DNA of 64,000 nt, taken from assembly GCA_031267635.1 (NCBI GenBank), contig JAIRYX010000448.1, positions 10 through 64,009 of the forward strand, in the 5' to 3' direction. The stretch is from Planctomycetaceae bacterium (GTDB taxonomy: Bacteria > Planctomycetota > Planctomycetia > Pirellulales > Thermoguttaceae). Shown here in pieces: positions 1 to 10,038 of this stretch (its first letter is position 1; each line of letters begins with the position of its first letter). A model generated the notes under the pieces. The model was not told where the DNA came from. It did no database searches and saw only the letters and a list, made by a program, of their open reading frames with translations. Made by a program: the position numbers and the translations under genes.

Positions 1-399
1 CCGCAAAAACGCCCAAAAACATGACGCAGTTTAATCGTTGTTCTCATTTTAATAAAAGGCAATTTCGTGACTTGGCGCTACCACACATTTTTGTCAAGTC
101 GAGGAGAGAATCATTAAGCATGAAGTTTGTCGAGCGTATCAAATCGCCATTAACTTAATCCCAGCAACGCTTTCTTGAACTCCTCTGTGGTCCCGCACGT
201 GCGGCTATTCGCCTCCCGCCGTCGTACTGTATGCGATACAATCGCTACAATCAACACCTTCCCGTTTTTGAAAACATGCTTTACCATCGTTTTGACAAAA
301 ATAACCTCTACTACCTTTTTCTACCTGTCGATAACAAAAAGTAACGTTTCAATTTTTTTGATAATTCGCAGCATCTTTTGAAAATTTTCAGGGAAGAAA

Positions 400-1800
400 A
401 TGACAATGAGAAACAAATTGGGATTCGCCAAATGCTCGACAATATTGTTGTCGATGTGTCTGATTTTCTTGGGGACGGAAACAGCAACAAAAGTTTATGG
501 ACAGGTTGCAAGAGGCGTTCCCGCGTTCAACGGCAAAAACAGCGAGATTCTTCGTTACGCACCGACTCCGCCGCCTCAAATCCAAATGTTTCACTTGCCG
601 TCCGACGTTCCCAAAGATGTTAATTCGCACCAAACGATTTCCATTCAGGAAATTTGCGACCTCGCGTTAAGTCGTCATCCGGCGATTGTTCAAGCGTCGC
701 GGCAAATGGAAGCGTATCGGGGAAGTTGGGTTCAAGCCGGATTGAAAGAAAACCCGACCATTGGTTATTCCGCAGAGGAAGTCGGCGGACAAAATCATGC
801 CGGGCGGCAAGGAATCGCGTTTTCTTATGAACATATTTCCAAGCAAAAATTAACAGCAAGGCAAAACGCCGCGAATGCCGAGTATCTGGCGGCAAGAGAA
901 CAGTTGCAGCTTCAGCGTCAAAAGGTCATGAACGACGCGACGCTTGCCGGTTATCGTCTTTTGATTGCATCGCAAAAAGAGCGTCTCACCGGCGAACTCT
1001 TAAAAATTGCCGAAATGACCGCGTCGTCTGCCGAAAGTTTGTCGAAAGCACAGGAGACGCAAAAAACAGATTTCCTTCAAGCGAGAGTTGAGAAAAACCG
1101 TGTTCGTATCGCATTAAACGACGCTACGATTGAACGTGACGCCGCATCGAAAAACCTTGCCGTACTGATCGGATTTCCGACAGACGCATCGCTTGAAATC
1201 ACCGATTCGCTTGACGTTTTGCCGGTTGAGATCAATGAAGAAGAAATTTATCGCCAAATCATGACGGACAGCCCGCTGTTGAAACGCGCGTATGCCGAGT
1301 ATGAAGCCGCGAAAGCAAAACTCCTCAAAGAGCGAAACGAAGCGGGAATCAATGTCAGCACGACAGGAAGCGTTTTATTCAACACGTCGGAAAATCAAAC
1401 GGAAGCATCATTAGGAATTTCCATTCCGCTCCGCATCAATAACAAAAATCAAGGAAACATCATGCAAGCCAATTCGGAAGTGTTAGCGTCAACGGCAAGT
1501 ATTGAGCGGATAAAAAACTCGTTGACGTCCGAATTTCAAAATCAATTTGCTCAATATAAAACCGCGAGACAACGTGTTTTACTGTATCAAAAAGAGGTGA
1601 TTAAAGAATCGGAAGAATCTTTGAACATCACCAAATTAGCATACGAACATGGCGAATGCGGTTACATTGAATTACTCAACGCACAACGAACTATGTTTGC
1701 CGTTCAAATCGAATGTTTGGACAACATCGGTTTATTATTCGACCAAAGCGTCAAACTCAACGGATTTTTACTGCAAAATGCGTATTCGCCGACGGAATGA
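400..1800 (+). CDS. TolC/CzcC-family outer-membrane efflux protein
   Basis: 466-aa ORF. It has an N-terminal hydrophobic signal-like segment (STILLSMCLIFLGTETA) and the long helical Ala/Gln/Leu/Arg-rich two-repeat composition typical of outer membrane efflux proteins. Family call is from recall only. Confidence 0.65.
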   Translation: MTMRNKLGFAKCSTILLSMCLIFLGTETATKVYGQVARGVPAFNGKNSEILRYAPTPPPQIQMFHLPSDVPKDVNSHQTISIQEICDLALSRHPAIVQASRQMEAYRGSWVQAGLKENPTIGYSAEEVGGQNHAGRQGIAFSYEHISKQKLTARQNAANAEYLAAREQLQLQRQKVMNDATLAGYRLLIASQKERLTGELLKIAEMTASSAESLSKAQETQKTDFLQARVEKNRVRIALNDATIERDAASKNLAVLIGFPTDASLEITDSLDVLPVEINEEEIYRQIMTDSPLLKRAYAEYEAAKAKLLKERNEAGINVSTTGSVLFNTSENQTEASLGISIPLRINNKNQGNIMQANSEVLASTASIERIKNSLTSEFQNQFAQYKTARQRVLLYQKEVIKESEESLNITKLAYEHGECGYIELLNAQRTMFAVQIECLDNIGLLFDQSVKLNGFLLQNAYSPTE

Positions 1801-2019
1801 TATAATAATCGGCGATGGTTGGTAATGCGTTTGGTTGTAGTATTCGCTCTTTTTCACGGAGGATCGCATCTGTTCCGTGTTCGCCGCGAACACTGTTCTC
1901 TTTGATTTCTTTGCGAAGCTCCTCGACGCATTGTTCGGCGTTATCCGCACACCGATTGGCAGACAAGGGCGATTCGTCAGGTCGGTTTGACCAGTCAGCA
2001 CGATCAAGACGGTGGATGT

Positions 2020-2517
2020 TCAGAGTTCTTTCAAGAGTTGCAAAATCGTTTTTCCGACAACCGGATGTTGCATGTCCGGTGCGATTTCCGCCGCCGGTTC
2101 CAGCACAAAACGTCGTTCCGTCATTTGCGGATGTGGTACAATCAAGTGTTCCGTTCGCAAAATACAATTTCCAAACAACAACAAATCAAGATCAATCGTG
2201 CGCGATCCCCAGCGTTCATTTCGAACACGTCCGAGTTGTTGTTCAATATCAAGCATCGTTTGTAGCAACGCGAACGGTTCCAATTCGGTTTCCAATAATC
2301 CGGCGGCGTTCAAATACATTGGCGGCATTTTTTTCGGTGGTAACTCTTCCGCAACTAGCGGTTCCGTTTCATAAAATCTACTAATTTTTCGCGGAACAAC
2401 TCCATGAATTTTACTCAACAATTTCCATGCGCAAGTTAAAGCTTCTGCACGATTACCAAGATTCGAGCCAAGTCCAATCAAAACACTTTGGAAATTTGCA
2501 GGGCGTTGATGATTCAT
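2020..2517 (-). CDS. folK: 2-amino-4-hydroxy-6-hydroxymethyldihydropteridine pyrophosphokinase (HPPK)
   Basis: 165-aa ORF with HPPK hallmarks: LIGLGSNLGNR near the N-terminus, SRFYETEP, RWGSRTIDLDLLLFG and LIVPHPQMTERRFVLEP. Confidence 0.9.
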   Translation of the reverse strand: MNHQRPANFQSVLIGLGSNLGNRAEALTCAWKLLSKIHGVVPRKISRFYETEPLVAEELPPKKMPPMYLNAAGLLETELEPFALLQTMLDIEQQLGRVRNERWGSRTIDLDLLLFGNCILRTEHLIVPHPQMTERRFVLEPAAEIAPDMQHPVVGKTILQLLKEL

Positions 2518-2569
2518 ATAAGATTACATAGATTCATTGAGTGGTTATCGAACAAGTCTATTTGACCTG

Positions 2570-2691
2570 TATGCTCCTCACGGTTACGTTGTCGGTTTTC
2601 TGAAATGAAGATTGACCGTGATTTTACAGTATATCAAGGCAACAGTATATCCAGACATATAAAAACCGAAATTTACAGTGCGACGAGCATA
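2570..2691. repeat. Family-R2 palindromic-ended element (copy with a divergent interior)
   Basis: Left arm TATGCTCCTCACGGTTACGTTGTCGGTTTT. The right arm AAAACCGAAATTTACAGTGCGACGAGCATA is its imperfect reverse complement. The arms match the R2 consensus (TATACTCCTCAC..TTGAAATTTCGG). Confidence 0.6.
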
Positions 2692-2853
2692 ACCGCTCTC
2701 GTATATTTTTTATTTTTTCCAATGGAAAGTGATTTTTCGTAACTCTTCAGTCGTTCCAAGCCAAGAAATCCATGCTTGAGTAATGGTAGAGTTACAGTCA
2801 ATTTTACCGGAAAGTATTATTATTGCAGCCCTGATTTATAGTATAAATAATTC

Positions 2854-3147
2854 GGGACACACCCCAACGGCTCTGGGACATGTCCCAACGGTTTTGGGAC
2901 TTATCCCAACGGTTTTGGGACTTATCCCAACGGTTTTGGGACTTATCCCAACGGTTTTGGGACTTGTCCCAACGGCTCTGGGACTTATCCCAACGGCTCT
3001 GGGATTTATCCCAACGGCTCTGGGACTTATCCCAACGGCTCCGGGACTTATCCCAACGGTTCTGGGACTTATCCCAACGGCTCTGGGACTTATCCCAACG
3101 GCTCCGGGACTTATCCCAACGACTCCGACATGTCCCAACGGCTACGG
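2854..3147. repeat. 21-bp tandem repeat array, about 14 units (GGGACTTATCCCAACGGYTCT)
   Basis: Head-to-tail units counted directly from 2854. Each unit carries a small CCCAA..TTGGG inverted motif. There are no spacers, so it is not a CRISPR. Because the period is 7 codons, all frames stay open. Confidence 0.9.
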
Positions 3148-3148
3148 A

Positions 3149-3235
3149 TTAAGCGACAGCAGGCAAGAGAAGTGCAATCAAAATTCCAATGATTGCAATC
3201 ACCACAAGTAATTCGACAACAACCGAACTTTCTGA
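3149..3235 (-). pseudogene. Remnant of a prepilin-type N-terminal domain protein (DUF1559-like)
   Basis: The minus-strand frame reads SESSVVVELLVVIAIIGILIALLLPAVA then stop. An in-frame stop lies immediately upstream and there is no ATG. The hydrophobic ELLVVIAIIGILIALLLPAV motif is the classic type IV pilin-like N-terminus. It is truncated where the 21-bp array begins. Confidence 0.5.
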
Positions 3236-3274
3236 TTATTTCAGGTTGGTTGTTGATGTTGCAAAGGCATTGAT

Positions 3275-4732
3275 TCAAAACACATTCGGATCGCCGAAAT
3301 CTTCGTTGCCTTGAAATTGCGTAAATTCGGCGTATTCTTCCGGCGAAGATTCCGCGAGATTGGCGAAGAGCGTAAATTCACCGATCCATGCAAGTTTTAT
3401 GTCGCCGACCGGACCGTTTCGCTGTTTGGCAATCATTATTTCCGCCTGACCGATGATCCCCATTTCTTCCGCGTCTTCGCGTTTGTGATAATATTCTTCA
3501 CGATGCACGAACATCACCACGTCTGCGTCTTGTTCGATTGCGCCGGACTCGCGCAGGTGGCTGAGACGCGGGCGATTGTCTTTCGTTGCTTCCGCCCCGC
3601 GGTTTAACTGCGCGAGACAAAGCACCGGCACATTTAATTCGCGGGCAAGCCCTTTGAGCCGCCTCGCCATTTTCGCGACCTGTTCCTGACGCGGGTCAAG
3701 CGGATTATCCGCCTCAATCAATCCAAGATAGTCAATGACAATCAATCCCAAATCTTCTTGACGCTTGATGCGCCGAGCGACCGCCGCGATTTCGGTGACG
3801 GTTTGCCCCGGCTTGTCGTCGATGAAAAGCGGCGCCGCGCTCAATTCGCCCGACGCTTTTGCCAGAGCTTGACGGTCGGCAGTAGCCAACATTCCGGTTC
3901 GCAATTTATGCGCATCGACGCGTCCGCGACAGCAAAGCATACGTTGCGCCAATTCGATTCTCGCCATTTCGAGACTGAAGACAACTGTTGTTTTCTTTTG
4001 TTCCACCGCAACATGATCGGCAATATTCATCGCAAAAGCGGTTTTTCCCATACTGGGTCGCGCGGCAAGAATCAGCAGCTCCGAACCGTGCAAACCGCCG
4101 GTCATCGAATCAATATCAGTAAAGCCGGTTGGAATACCGTCCGCGCCGCCGTTTTCCATCCGCGAATCGAGAATGCGAAACGTTTCCATCAAGACGTCAT
4201 GCATTCGGACGGCTTGATTATTGTTGCGGTCATCGTTGATGGCGAAAATCCGTTCTTCGGCGCGGTTGACCAAATCGCGCGGCGCATGTTCCGGCTCGTA
4301 AGCGTCGTGCAGAATTTCAGAACTTGCGTGAATCAAATCCCGTAAAACCGCCTTGTCGCGGATAATTTTCGCGTAATGCACCGCGTTTGCGGTAACGCGA
4401 ACTTCCTGCATCAACTCGGCAAGATACGCCTCGCCGCCGACCGCTTCAAAATCGCCCGATGTTTTAAGCTGTTCGACCAGCAACGTCAGGTCAATTCCCG
4501 AGCCGGATGTGTGCATTTGCAACAGCGTTTCGTAAATTTTTCGGTTCGCTTCGGCGTAAAAATCGGAAGGACGAACAAGAACGGCGAGATCGTCGCAGAC
4601 TTCCGGGTCGAGTAAAATCGCGCCGACAATGCCGCGCTCCGCCTCAATACTTTGCGGCGGCAAACGGTCGAACATCATTAAACTTTTTTGCTCGCCGGAT
4701 TGTTCTGATTTACGGTTCTTTGTTTTTGACAT
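3275..4732 (-). CDS. dnaB: Replicative DNA helicase
   Basis: 485-aa ORF. Contains PPQSIEAERGIVGAILLD (DnaB N-domain), Walker A ARPSMGKTAFAMN, Walker B LIVIDYLGL, and the AKQRNGPVG C-terminal motif. Confidence 0.95.
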   Translation of the reverse strand: MSKTKNRKSEQSGEQKSLMMFDRLPPQSIEAERGIVGAILLDPEVCDDLAVLVRPSDFYAEANRKIYETLLQMHTSGSGIDLTLLVEQLKTSGDFEAVGGEAYLAELMQEVRVTANAVHYAKIIRDKAVLRDLIHASSEILHDAYEPEHAPRDLVNRAEERIFAINDDRNNNQAVRMHDVLMETFRILDSRMENGGADGIPTGFTDIDSMTGGLHGSELLILAARPSMGKTAFAMNIADHVAVEQKKTTVVFSLEMARIELAQRMLCCRGRVDAHKLRTGMLATADRQALAKASGELSAAPLFIDDKPGQTVTEIAAVARRIKRQEDLGLIVIDYLGLIEADNPLDPRQEQVAKMARRLKGLARELNVPVLCLAQLNRGAEATKDNRPRLSHLRESGAIEQDADVVMFVHREEYYHKREDAEEMGIIGQAEIMIAKQRNGPVGDIKLAWIGEFTLFANLAESSPEEYAEFTQFQGNEDFGDPNVF

Positions 4733-4744
4733 GGAATTGTTCTT

Positions 4745-4975
4745 ATATACTCCTCACACTTGAAATCTCGACTTTTAAGACAGCGCTGATCGTTCATCAC
4801 ATCCCCAAAGTTCCCTTTTTTGATGAAAGCCGAATTTTAAAGGGTGAGGAGTATATTTTGAATATTCGATTTTCATTAAAAAAGGGACGTTAAGGACATG
4901 AGAGACATTGGGGACAGATAAACGAGAAACGCTACCTTAAAAGATAAACGCTGCCTTAAAAACAAATTTTCAATT
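4745..4975. repeat. Cluster of family-R2 pieces (two inverted arms plus a GGGAC block)
   Basis: ATATACTCCTCACACTTGAAATCTCG at 4745 and its inverted copy GCCGAATTTTAAAGGGTGAGGAGTATAT near 4829. These are followed by GGGACGTTAAGGACATGAGAGACATTGGGGAC and two CCTTAAAA motifs. Confidence 0.6.
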
Positions 4976-5012
4976 GGGATGAATCAATTTGTTTCATTCC
5001 ACATCATTGTCA

Positions 5013-6209
5013 TTATTTTTCCACAAAAAGATGAATTTTCAAATTGATTTGATCCAGCAGAACCACTTTGTTATTGGGAAGAATATGCGCTTTGAGGATG
5101 GGAACAAGCATGTTTTCATTGTCCAAATTCCATTCCTTTTTTATGCCGGGATTCCAGCCGTTTGATGGATGCGGTAGGGCGTAAAAGGTTTTTGGCGACG
5201 CCAGTAATGATTGAAATGTATGTTCCGGCGTGAAAACTTTGACGCGATTCACGTCTTTTTCAATAGTCAAAACGCGCCCGTCTTGAAAAAACGCGAGCGA
5301 AACCGGATTATTGTTTCCGAAAAATTGATCGGAAAGGTCATTTTCGGAAACGGATCCGTGCGTTCCCCAAACTTGCGGCGACAACCATTGCCCGTTTTTA
5401 TCAAACGGTACCAAACAACCGTTTTTTGCGTCGGCAACCCAAAGATTTTTTTGCGGATCAAGAGAAATATCCAGATAAAAATTGTTCGCGCCGAATCCAG
5501 CAAACGGCTTTTTTTCCGCGTCAAGCGTTTTCTCTTTTTCGAGCGTTAAATTCAGTTGTCCGCGTGCGTCAAATCGATAAATTTTATTTTGCAACGCATC
5601 GGCAACCCAAAAATATTCGCTGTCTGCCGCAATTGATGTAAAAAATGCTTCTTCTTTTTTTGGCGCGGAAGCGATGTTGAGCAATTGTCCTTCGTGGTTA
5701 TAAACGCCGACGCTGTTACGAAACGTTATCAATAAATTTCCTGAAAATAATTCATCTTCTTTCGGAATCAGCAAATCGGTTGGAATTTCGGGAAGCGGCG
5801 TTTCGTTTTGCTTTTTTCCGTCTTTGGAATAAAGAACGATATGACATTGATTTCCTTGAACATTCAAGCCGCCGACAACAATCTCGTCTTCCGCCGCCGT
5901 CATTGCCATCGGCAAACTAAAATCATCGGAAATGCTGAACGACGTTTCGGCAAAAAATCCGAGCATCGTGTCTGGGAACGATTGTTGGGCAATTCGTTGA
6001 TTTTCCTGAACCGGTTTCGCTTTGCCGGGAATAAAATAAATCGCCAAAAAACCGATAACAAGACAAAACAAGAACACACTAATCAACGGCGTATAAGAAT
6101 GTTGTTTGTGTTTTTGAAGAATTTTTTTCAAAATTTTGAACGTATCTCTTCGCGTTGGTTCAACGTCGTCAATTGGTTTGTCTTGAGGATTCGTATCTTG
6201 TTTGAGCAT
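5013..6209 (-). CDS. Hypothetical membrane-anchored protein, possibly NHL-like beta-propeller
   Basis: 398-aa ORF with a single N-terminal TM segment (LISVFLFCLVIGFLAIYFI). Repeated segments such as FWVADALQNKIYRFD and LWVADAKNGCLVPFD resemble NHL repeats. Function not established. Confidence 0.55.
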   Translation of the reverse strand: MLKQDTNPQDKPIDDVEPTRRDTFKILKKILQKHKQHSYTPLISVFLFCLVIGFLAIYFIPGKAKPVQENQRIAQQSFPDTMLGFFAETSFSISDDFSLPMAMTAAEDEIVVGGLNVQGNQCHIVLYSKDGKKQNETPLPEIPTDLLIPKEDELFSGNLLITFRNSVGVYNHEGQLLNIASAPKKEEAFFTSIAADSEYFWVADALQNKIYRFDARGQLNLTLEKEKTLDAEKKPFAGFGANNFYLDISLDPQKNLWVADAKNGCLVPFDKNGQWLSPQVWGTHGSVSENDLSDQFFGNNNPVSLAFFQDGRVLTIEKDVNRVKVFTPEHTFQSLLASPKTFYALPHPSNGWNPGIKKEWNLDNENMLVPILKAHILPNNKVVLLDQINLKIHLFVEK

Positions 6210-6302
6210 TTTCGTTGCAACTTAATAAAAATAGATTTGAATGACCAATGAATTGGGCAACGGTCAGCGTCGCCCTTACAATTATGTTTTCGTTACGCCG
6301 TT

Positions 6303-8330
6303 TTATTTTTTCTTTTCTTCCGTTTTTTCTGTCGGAAAATATTTTTCAATCAACGCCGCCGACGCGGGAGTTATCACTGTAACGACGTCCGCTTTTTTTG
6401 ACGGCGCCACATTGGAAAACGCAAGGCGTTTCGGTTTGACTTTGCTGCCCGACAGGTTTTCGTCGATTTCCGTTTGCTCGTATTTTAAGAACATCGGATT
6501 GACTTCGTTCCGCAAACTTACCGTAACCAGCACCGCTTCTTCCGCGTTGTTACCGATAAGTAATTCCAGCGATTCCGCTTGGTCGGCGGCGGTGATTTTG
6601 ACGACGTTGCTGAATGTAATCAACGCTGTTTCAAACGTTCCCGCATCTTCCAACGCAATATGATCTAAAACAAGCAACTCTCCGCCCGCATGTTTTTCGC
6701 CGTTTGCTCCATTGTCCGTACGATTGAAAAAGATTGTTCGTGTCAATTCCTTCAAACCCTTGACAGAATATGCGCTCGACAAATCTATAGCGAATTTGTC
6801 TTCTGTATCGGTAAATGATTTTTCAAGAATTATTCCTTTGGCTTTTGAGCCGGTTTGTTGCAGCGTGCCGTTGATTCGCGGTACATCATGTCCAAACGAA
6901 TTAATAACGTTACTGTCGTAACGCTTGCCGCTGAATGTTCGGCTGGTGTAAACTTCACCGCCCGGATCGACTAACGGCGTGCCGCCGCCAAGTGACACGA
7001 TATAAGAACCGACGTCGTTATGGTTGTGATGTTCGTTGTTATGTCCCGCTTTAATGCTGAACGACAAACGTTTCGGGTCGTTGTTCATTGCCCATGCAAT
7101 TAAAATTCCCGCATCGGCAAAATCATGCCGCAACGCCGAACCTGTTTTCAGTTCGCCAATATCACGGGAAGTCGCGGTGTTCGGAAATCCCATCGTACCA
7201 AACAATGAAAGAGCTGTTCCGCCGCGCCCGATAAATTGCGTCTCTTGGTAATCCGGCAAGCCGAGCGAAAGTCGATGATTCATGTATTTCATGATCGTGG
7301 AATCCGGTTTCGCGTAAGGAGAGCAATCAGCGTAAGCCGCGTAAACGCCCGGCGCGATTTGCATATGGACTCCGAATAACGCAACGTCGCGGATAATCGG
7401 CGAACTGAAGAAATTGACCTTGCCGTCGGTCGCCTGCAAAACGGTTTCGCCCATGTAAACATAGTGTCCGAAACCGTAATTCCAATATCCTATTCCTTCG
7501 CTGCAATAACCGTCTTTTGTGAAACCGTTTAAAAAGTATTCCTTGTTTTTCTCCGCTGCCGCGATATAAAACGCCCGCCGCGCCGGATCGTCAATTAATG
7601 CAATCGCCGCACCGACGACTCCAGCATGACACACGGCATTCCAATTATTGGTTGTGGTAATCCACCAGTTATCGCGCGAACCGTTTTTCTCGCCCTGAAT
7701 GGATTTTTCATAAGGAGCAAATGTCCGCCGTTCAACATTGTCACGAATCAATTTTCGTGTTTCCGGCGAGAGTTTGTTTTGCAGCCAATAATCCGCCGTC
7801 GCAAGCTGCCAACTTGTGTCCGAAGAAGCAAGATCAATATAAGTCACCTCGCCTTTATAAATTCGCGCTGATGAGTCATGTGCCGGCAAAACCCACGACG
7901 GATCGGCGCATACGGCGCGAATTGCTTCTTCAATTGCCGGAAGAAAACGTTCTTTGTTTTCAAAACATTCACCCAAAATCAGCGAGTTAATTCGTCCGTA
8001 TTTGCGTCCGCGCACATTTTGATAATTGTTGCGGTTGCCGGTCTCGTAATAATCCATGTACAGCGATTCCGGCGTTTCGGGAATCGGCGACTTCATAATG
8101 TTTTCGGCATTTTTGATAATCGCCGGAACGTCAAACGATGTTTTGAGTGCATCCCATTTTTCCCGGTTGGTAATCGGCTGACCAACGCCTTGCGCTTTCG
8201 CAGGCAAAAATGCTTGGATTTCTTCGGCGCGTTTTTCAATTTGAGTAAACTGTTCTTTGTTTTGAGCAAAAACCGCAATCGTTAAACACAGAAATAATAA
8301 AATTGTTGTTGTAAATTTTTTGTAGTTCAT
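6303..8330 (-). CDS. Secreted heparinase II/III-like (polysaccharide lyase-like) protein
   Basis: 675-aa ORF with a signal peptide (ILLFLCLTIAVFAQ). The central and C-terminal region has GHNNEHHNHNDVGSYIV and DPSWVLPAHD, which resemble the heparinase II/III family. From recall only. Confidence 0.6.
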   Translation of the reverse strand: MNYKKFTTTILLFLCLTIAVFAQNKEQFTQIEKRAEEIQAFLPAKAQGVGQPITNREKWDALKTSFDVPAIIKNAENIMKSPIPETPESLYMDYYETGNRNNYQNVRGRKYGRINSLILGECFENKERFLPAIEEAIRAVCADPSWVLPAHDSSARIYKGEVTYIDLASSDTSWQLATADYWLQNKLSPETRKLIRDNVERRTFAPYEKSIQGEKNGSRDNWWITTTNNWNAVCHAGVVGAAIALIDDPARRAFYIAAAEKNKEYFLNGFTKDGYCSEGIGYWNYGFGHYVYMGETVLQATDGKVNFFSSPIIRDVALFGVHMQIAPGVYAAYADCSPYAKPDSTIMKYMNHRLSLGLPDYQETQFIGRGGTALSLFGTMGFPNTATSRDIGELKTGSALRHDFADAGILIAWAMNNDPKRLSFSIKAGHNNEHHNHNDVGSYIVSLGGGTPLVDPGGEVYTSRTFSGKRYDSNVINSFGHDVPRINGTLQQTGSKAKGIILEKSFTDTEDKFAIDLSSAYSVKGLKELTRTIFFNRTDNGANGEKHAGGELLVLDHIALEDAGTFETALITFSNVVKITAADQAESLELLIGNNAEEAVLVTVSLRNEVNPMFLKYEQTEIDENLSGSKVKPKRLAFSNVAPSKKADVVTVITPASAALIEKYFPTEKTEEKKK

Positions 8331-8371
8331 CGTTTTTTCCTTTTTAATGTGTTGAAACCTCTCTACATTGT

Positions 8372-8479
8372 CTATGCCTCATACTTGAATATTCGTTTTT
8401 CATTTTAATAAGGACTTTGGGAACATAGCGAACAATAAACGCTGTCTTAAAAGCCGAAATTTCAAGTACGATGAGTATA
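8372..8479. repeat. Family-R2 palindromic-ended element (near-complete copy)
   Basis: CTATGCCTCATACTTGAATATTCG ... GGACTTTGGGAAC ... CGCTGTCTTAAAAGCCGAAATTTCAAGTACGATGAGTATA. The two ends are mutual reverse complements. Confidence 0.7.
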
Positions 8480-8640
8480 AACAAAAAACAAATTTTAGCA
8501 CGAGATACACGAAATTTTTTAAAAGAATTTTTCTAAAAAACTTCGTGTTTTTTCGTACTTTCGTAATGAATTAAACTCTTTCACTTACTGTTTGTAATAT
8601 TTTGCTTTTACGGTTCATGGCGATAAAACATTTGAGTTTT

Positions 8641-9522
8641 TTATCCCTGATTTTTAAGCGTCTGATACAACTCAAACGCTTGATTGGGTTTGAATCCCTC
8701 ATGCACAACTGCGCGAACGGCTTTGAGCATAGCGATTGGAGCGTCCGATTGAAAAATATTGCGTCCCATATCAACGCCCGCCGCGCCTTGGTCAATGGCG
8801 CGGTAAGCCATTTCGATCGCGTCACGTTCCGGCAATTTTTTTCCGCCCGCAATGACAATTGGAACCGGCACGGAATTTGTCACTTGCTCAAAATCTTTAT
8901 CGCAATAATAGGTCTTAATGACATGCGCGCCGTTTTCCGCACAAACGCGGCTTGCCAACGACAAATAACGGGCGTCGCGCACCAGTTCCTTGCCGACAGC
9001 AGTTACGCCGAGCGATGGAATGCCGTAGCGTGTTCCGAGATCAACCATCTTCGTAAAATTTCGGATTGTCAACGCTTCATGTTTCGGGTCGCCGACCGCT
9101 ACCATACACGCCAGTAGCGAGGCGTTCAGCCGCACCGCTTCTTCAATGTCGAGCAAACATTCGTCGTTAAGATAAGTCAGAACCGTCGAACCGGCGGAAT
9201 ACCGCAAAGAAATCGGTTTGTTGTATGTTGGCGGAATGACGGATCGCAAAATTCCGCGACAACACATAATACAATCGGCGTACTCCAAGAGCGGCACGAT
9301 AGTCAAGTCGATTCGCTCCAATCCCGACGTCGGTCCCATAATGTAACCGTGATCGAAAGCCAGCATCACGGTATGTCCCGATTTCGGGCTAAAAATCCGC
9401 GATAACCGGTCTTTCATTCCCCAGTCGATATGGGCGTTTCCTTTCAGGAAATAGCCCTCGGTCTTCTGCGGAACTCCGATTCCATAAGTTTTTCCATCAA
9501 CATTACTATCATTATCCGGCAT
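8641..9522 (-). CDS. Class I aldolase of the DhnA/FbaB/LsrF family
   Basis: 293-aa ORF. It has MLAFDHG, VIKTYY (candidate Schiff-base Lys region), IAGGKK and GVDMGRNIFQ, as in the DeoC/LsrF-type aldolase/thiolase family. Confidence 0.75.
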   Translation of the reverse strand: MPDNDSNVDGKTYGIGVPQKTEGYFLKGNAHIDWGMKDRLSRIFSPKSGHTVMLAFDHGYIMGPTSGLERIDLTIVPLLEYADCIMCCRGILRSVIPPTYNKPISLRYSAGSTVLTYLNDECLLDIEEAVRLNASLLACMVAVGDPKHEALTIRNFTKMVDLGTRYGIPSLGVTAVGKELVRDARYLSLASRVCAENGAHVIKTYYCDKDFEQVTNSVPVPIVIAGGKKLPERDAIEMAYRAIDQGAAGVDMGRNIFQSDAPIAMLKAVRAVVHEGFKPNQAFELYQTLKNQG

Positions 9523-9534
9523 GAGATAACCTTT

Positions 9535-10038
9535 CTAAATTTGTGACATTGTTTGCACTTTTGACAAAAGTGCGGTAATAATCTCTTTCGTTTTTTCTGA
9601 TTGAAGAATTTCCGCAAGAGCGTTTTCAAATTCTTCATCACTTTGAATTTTGTAAGTAGGAACCCAAAATAACGTTGATTGTTCAGGAGAAATAAGTAAA
9701 TTTACCGCTTCCGTATTTAATTGATCAGCAAGACTTTTAACCTCTGGTATCGCCATATTCCATATGTCATTGGATAACCGACTTCTATCATAAATCAGAA
9801 TTGGAAAAGGATAAAACCCTTGAATCGTTCTCAAAATCGTATAACGATACCGGTTCAAACGCGGCGCCATAATTGAAAATTCACAAACGACATTTCCATT
9901 GAAAGAATATTCTTCAAGCCACCCTGTCAATTCTTGGTGAGTTTGTTCTTCCAAGAGTTTTGCCTGGTCCCGCATAATTTGCGTATATGCGGTATCTTTC
10001 ACTAATGTCGGAATAGTACCCCAAAGGTTTCTTGTCAT
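9535..10038 (-). CDS. Hypothetical protein (167 aa), no recognisable family
   Basis: The ORF start overlaps the stop of the upstream EEP gene in an ATGA. It ends 12 nt before the aldolase start. By eye it is more AT-rich than its neighbours. Confidence 0.6.
   Translation of the reverse strand: MTRNLWGTIPTLVKDTAYTQIMRDQAKLLEEQTHQELTGWLEEYSFNGNVVCEFSIMAPRLNRYRYTILRTIQGFYPFPILIYDRSRLSNDIWNMAIPEVKSLADQLNTEAVNLLISPEQSTLFWVPTYKIQSDEEFENALAEILQSEKTKEIITALLSKVQTMSQI

Noticed and set aside
150-287. A minus-strand 45-aa ORF (MVKHVFKNGKVLIVAIVSHTVRRREANSRTCGTTEEFKKALLGLS) that faintly resembles the C-terminal part of RelE/ParE-type toxins.
   Set aside because: It is too short and the resemblance too weak to support without a search. 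No partner antitoxin ORF is visible.
1801-2019. A protein-like minus-strand frame (..DESPLSANRCADNAEQCVEELRKEIKENSVRGEHGTDAILREKE..) in the gap between the efflux gene and folK.
   Set aside because: There is no ATG, GTG or TTG start in frame downstream of the folK stop, and it overlaps the end of the efflux gene. I cannot support it as a gene.
2783-3211. ORFs of 142, 100 and 90 aa running through the 21-bp array (heptad PTVLGLI-type repeats). I also considered whether the array is a CRISPR.
   Set aside because: The open frames follow trivially from a 21-bp (7-codon) period without stop codons. There is no RBS or start context. The units are contiguous with no spacers and are too short for CRISPR repeats.
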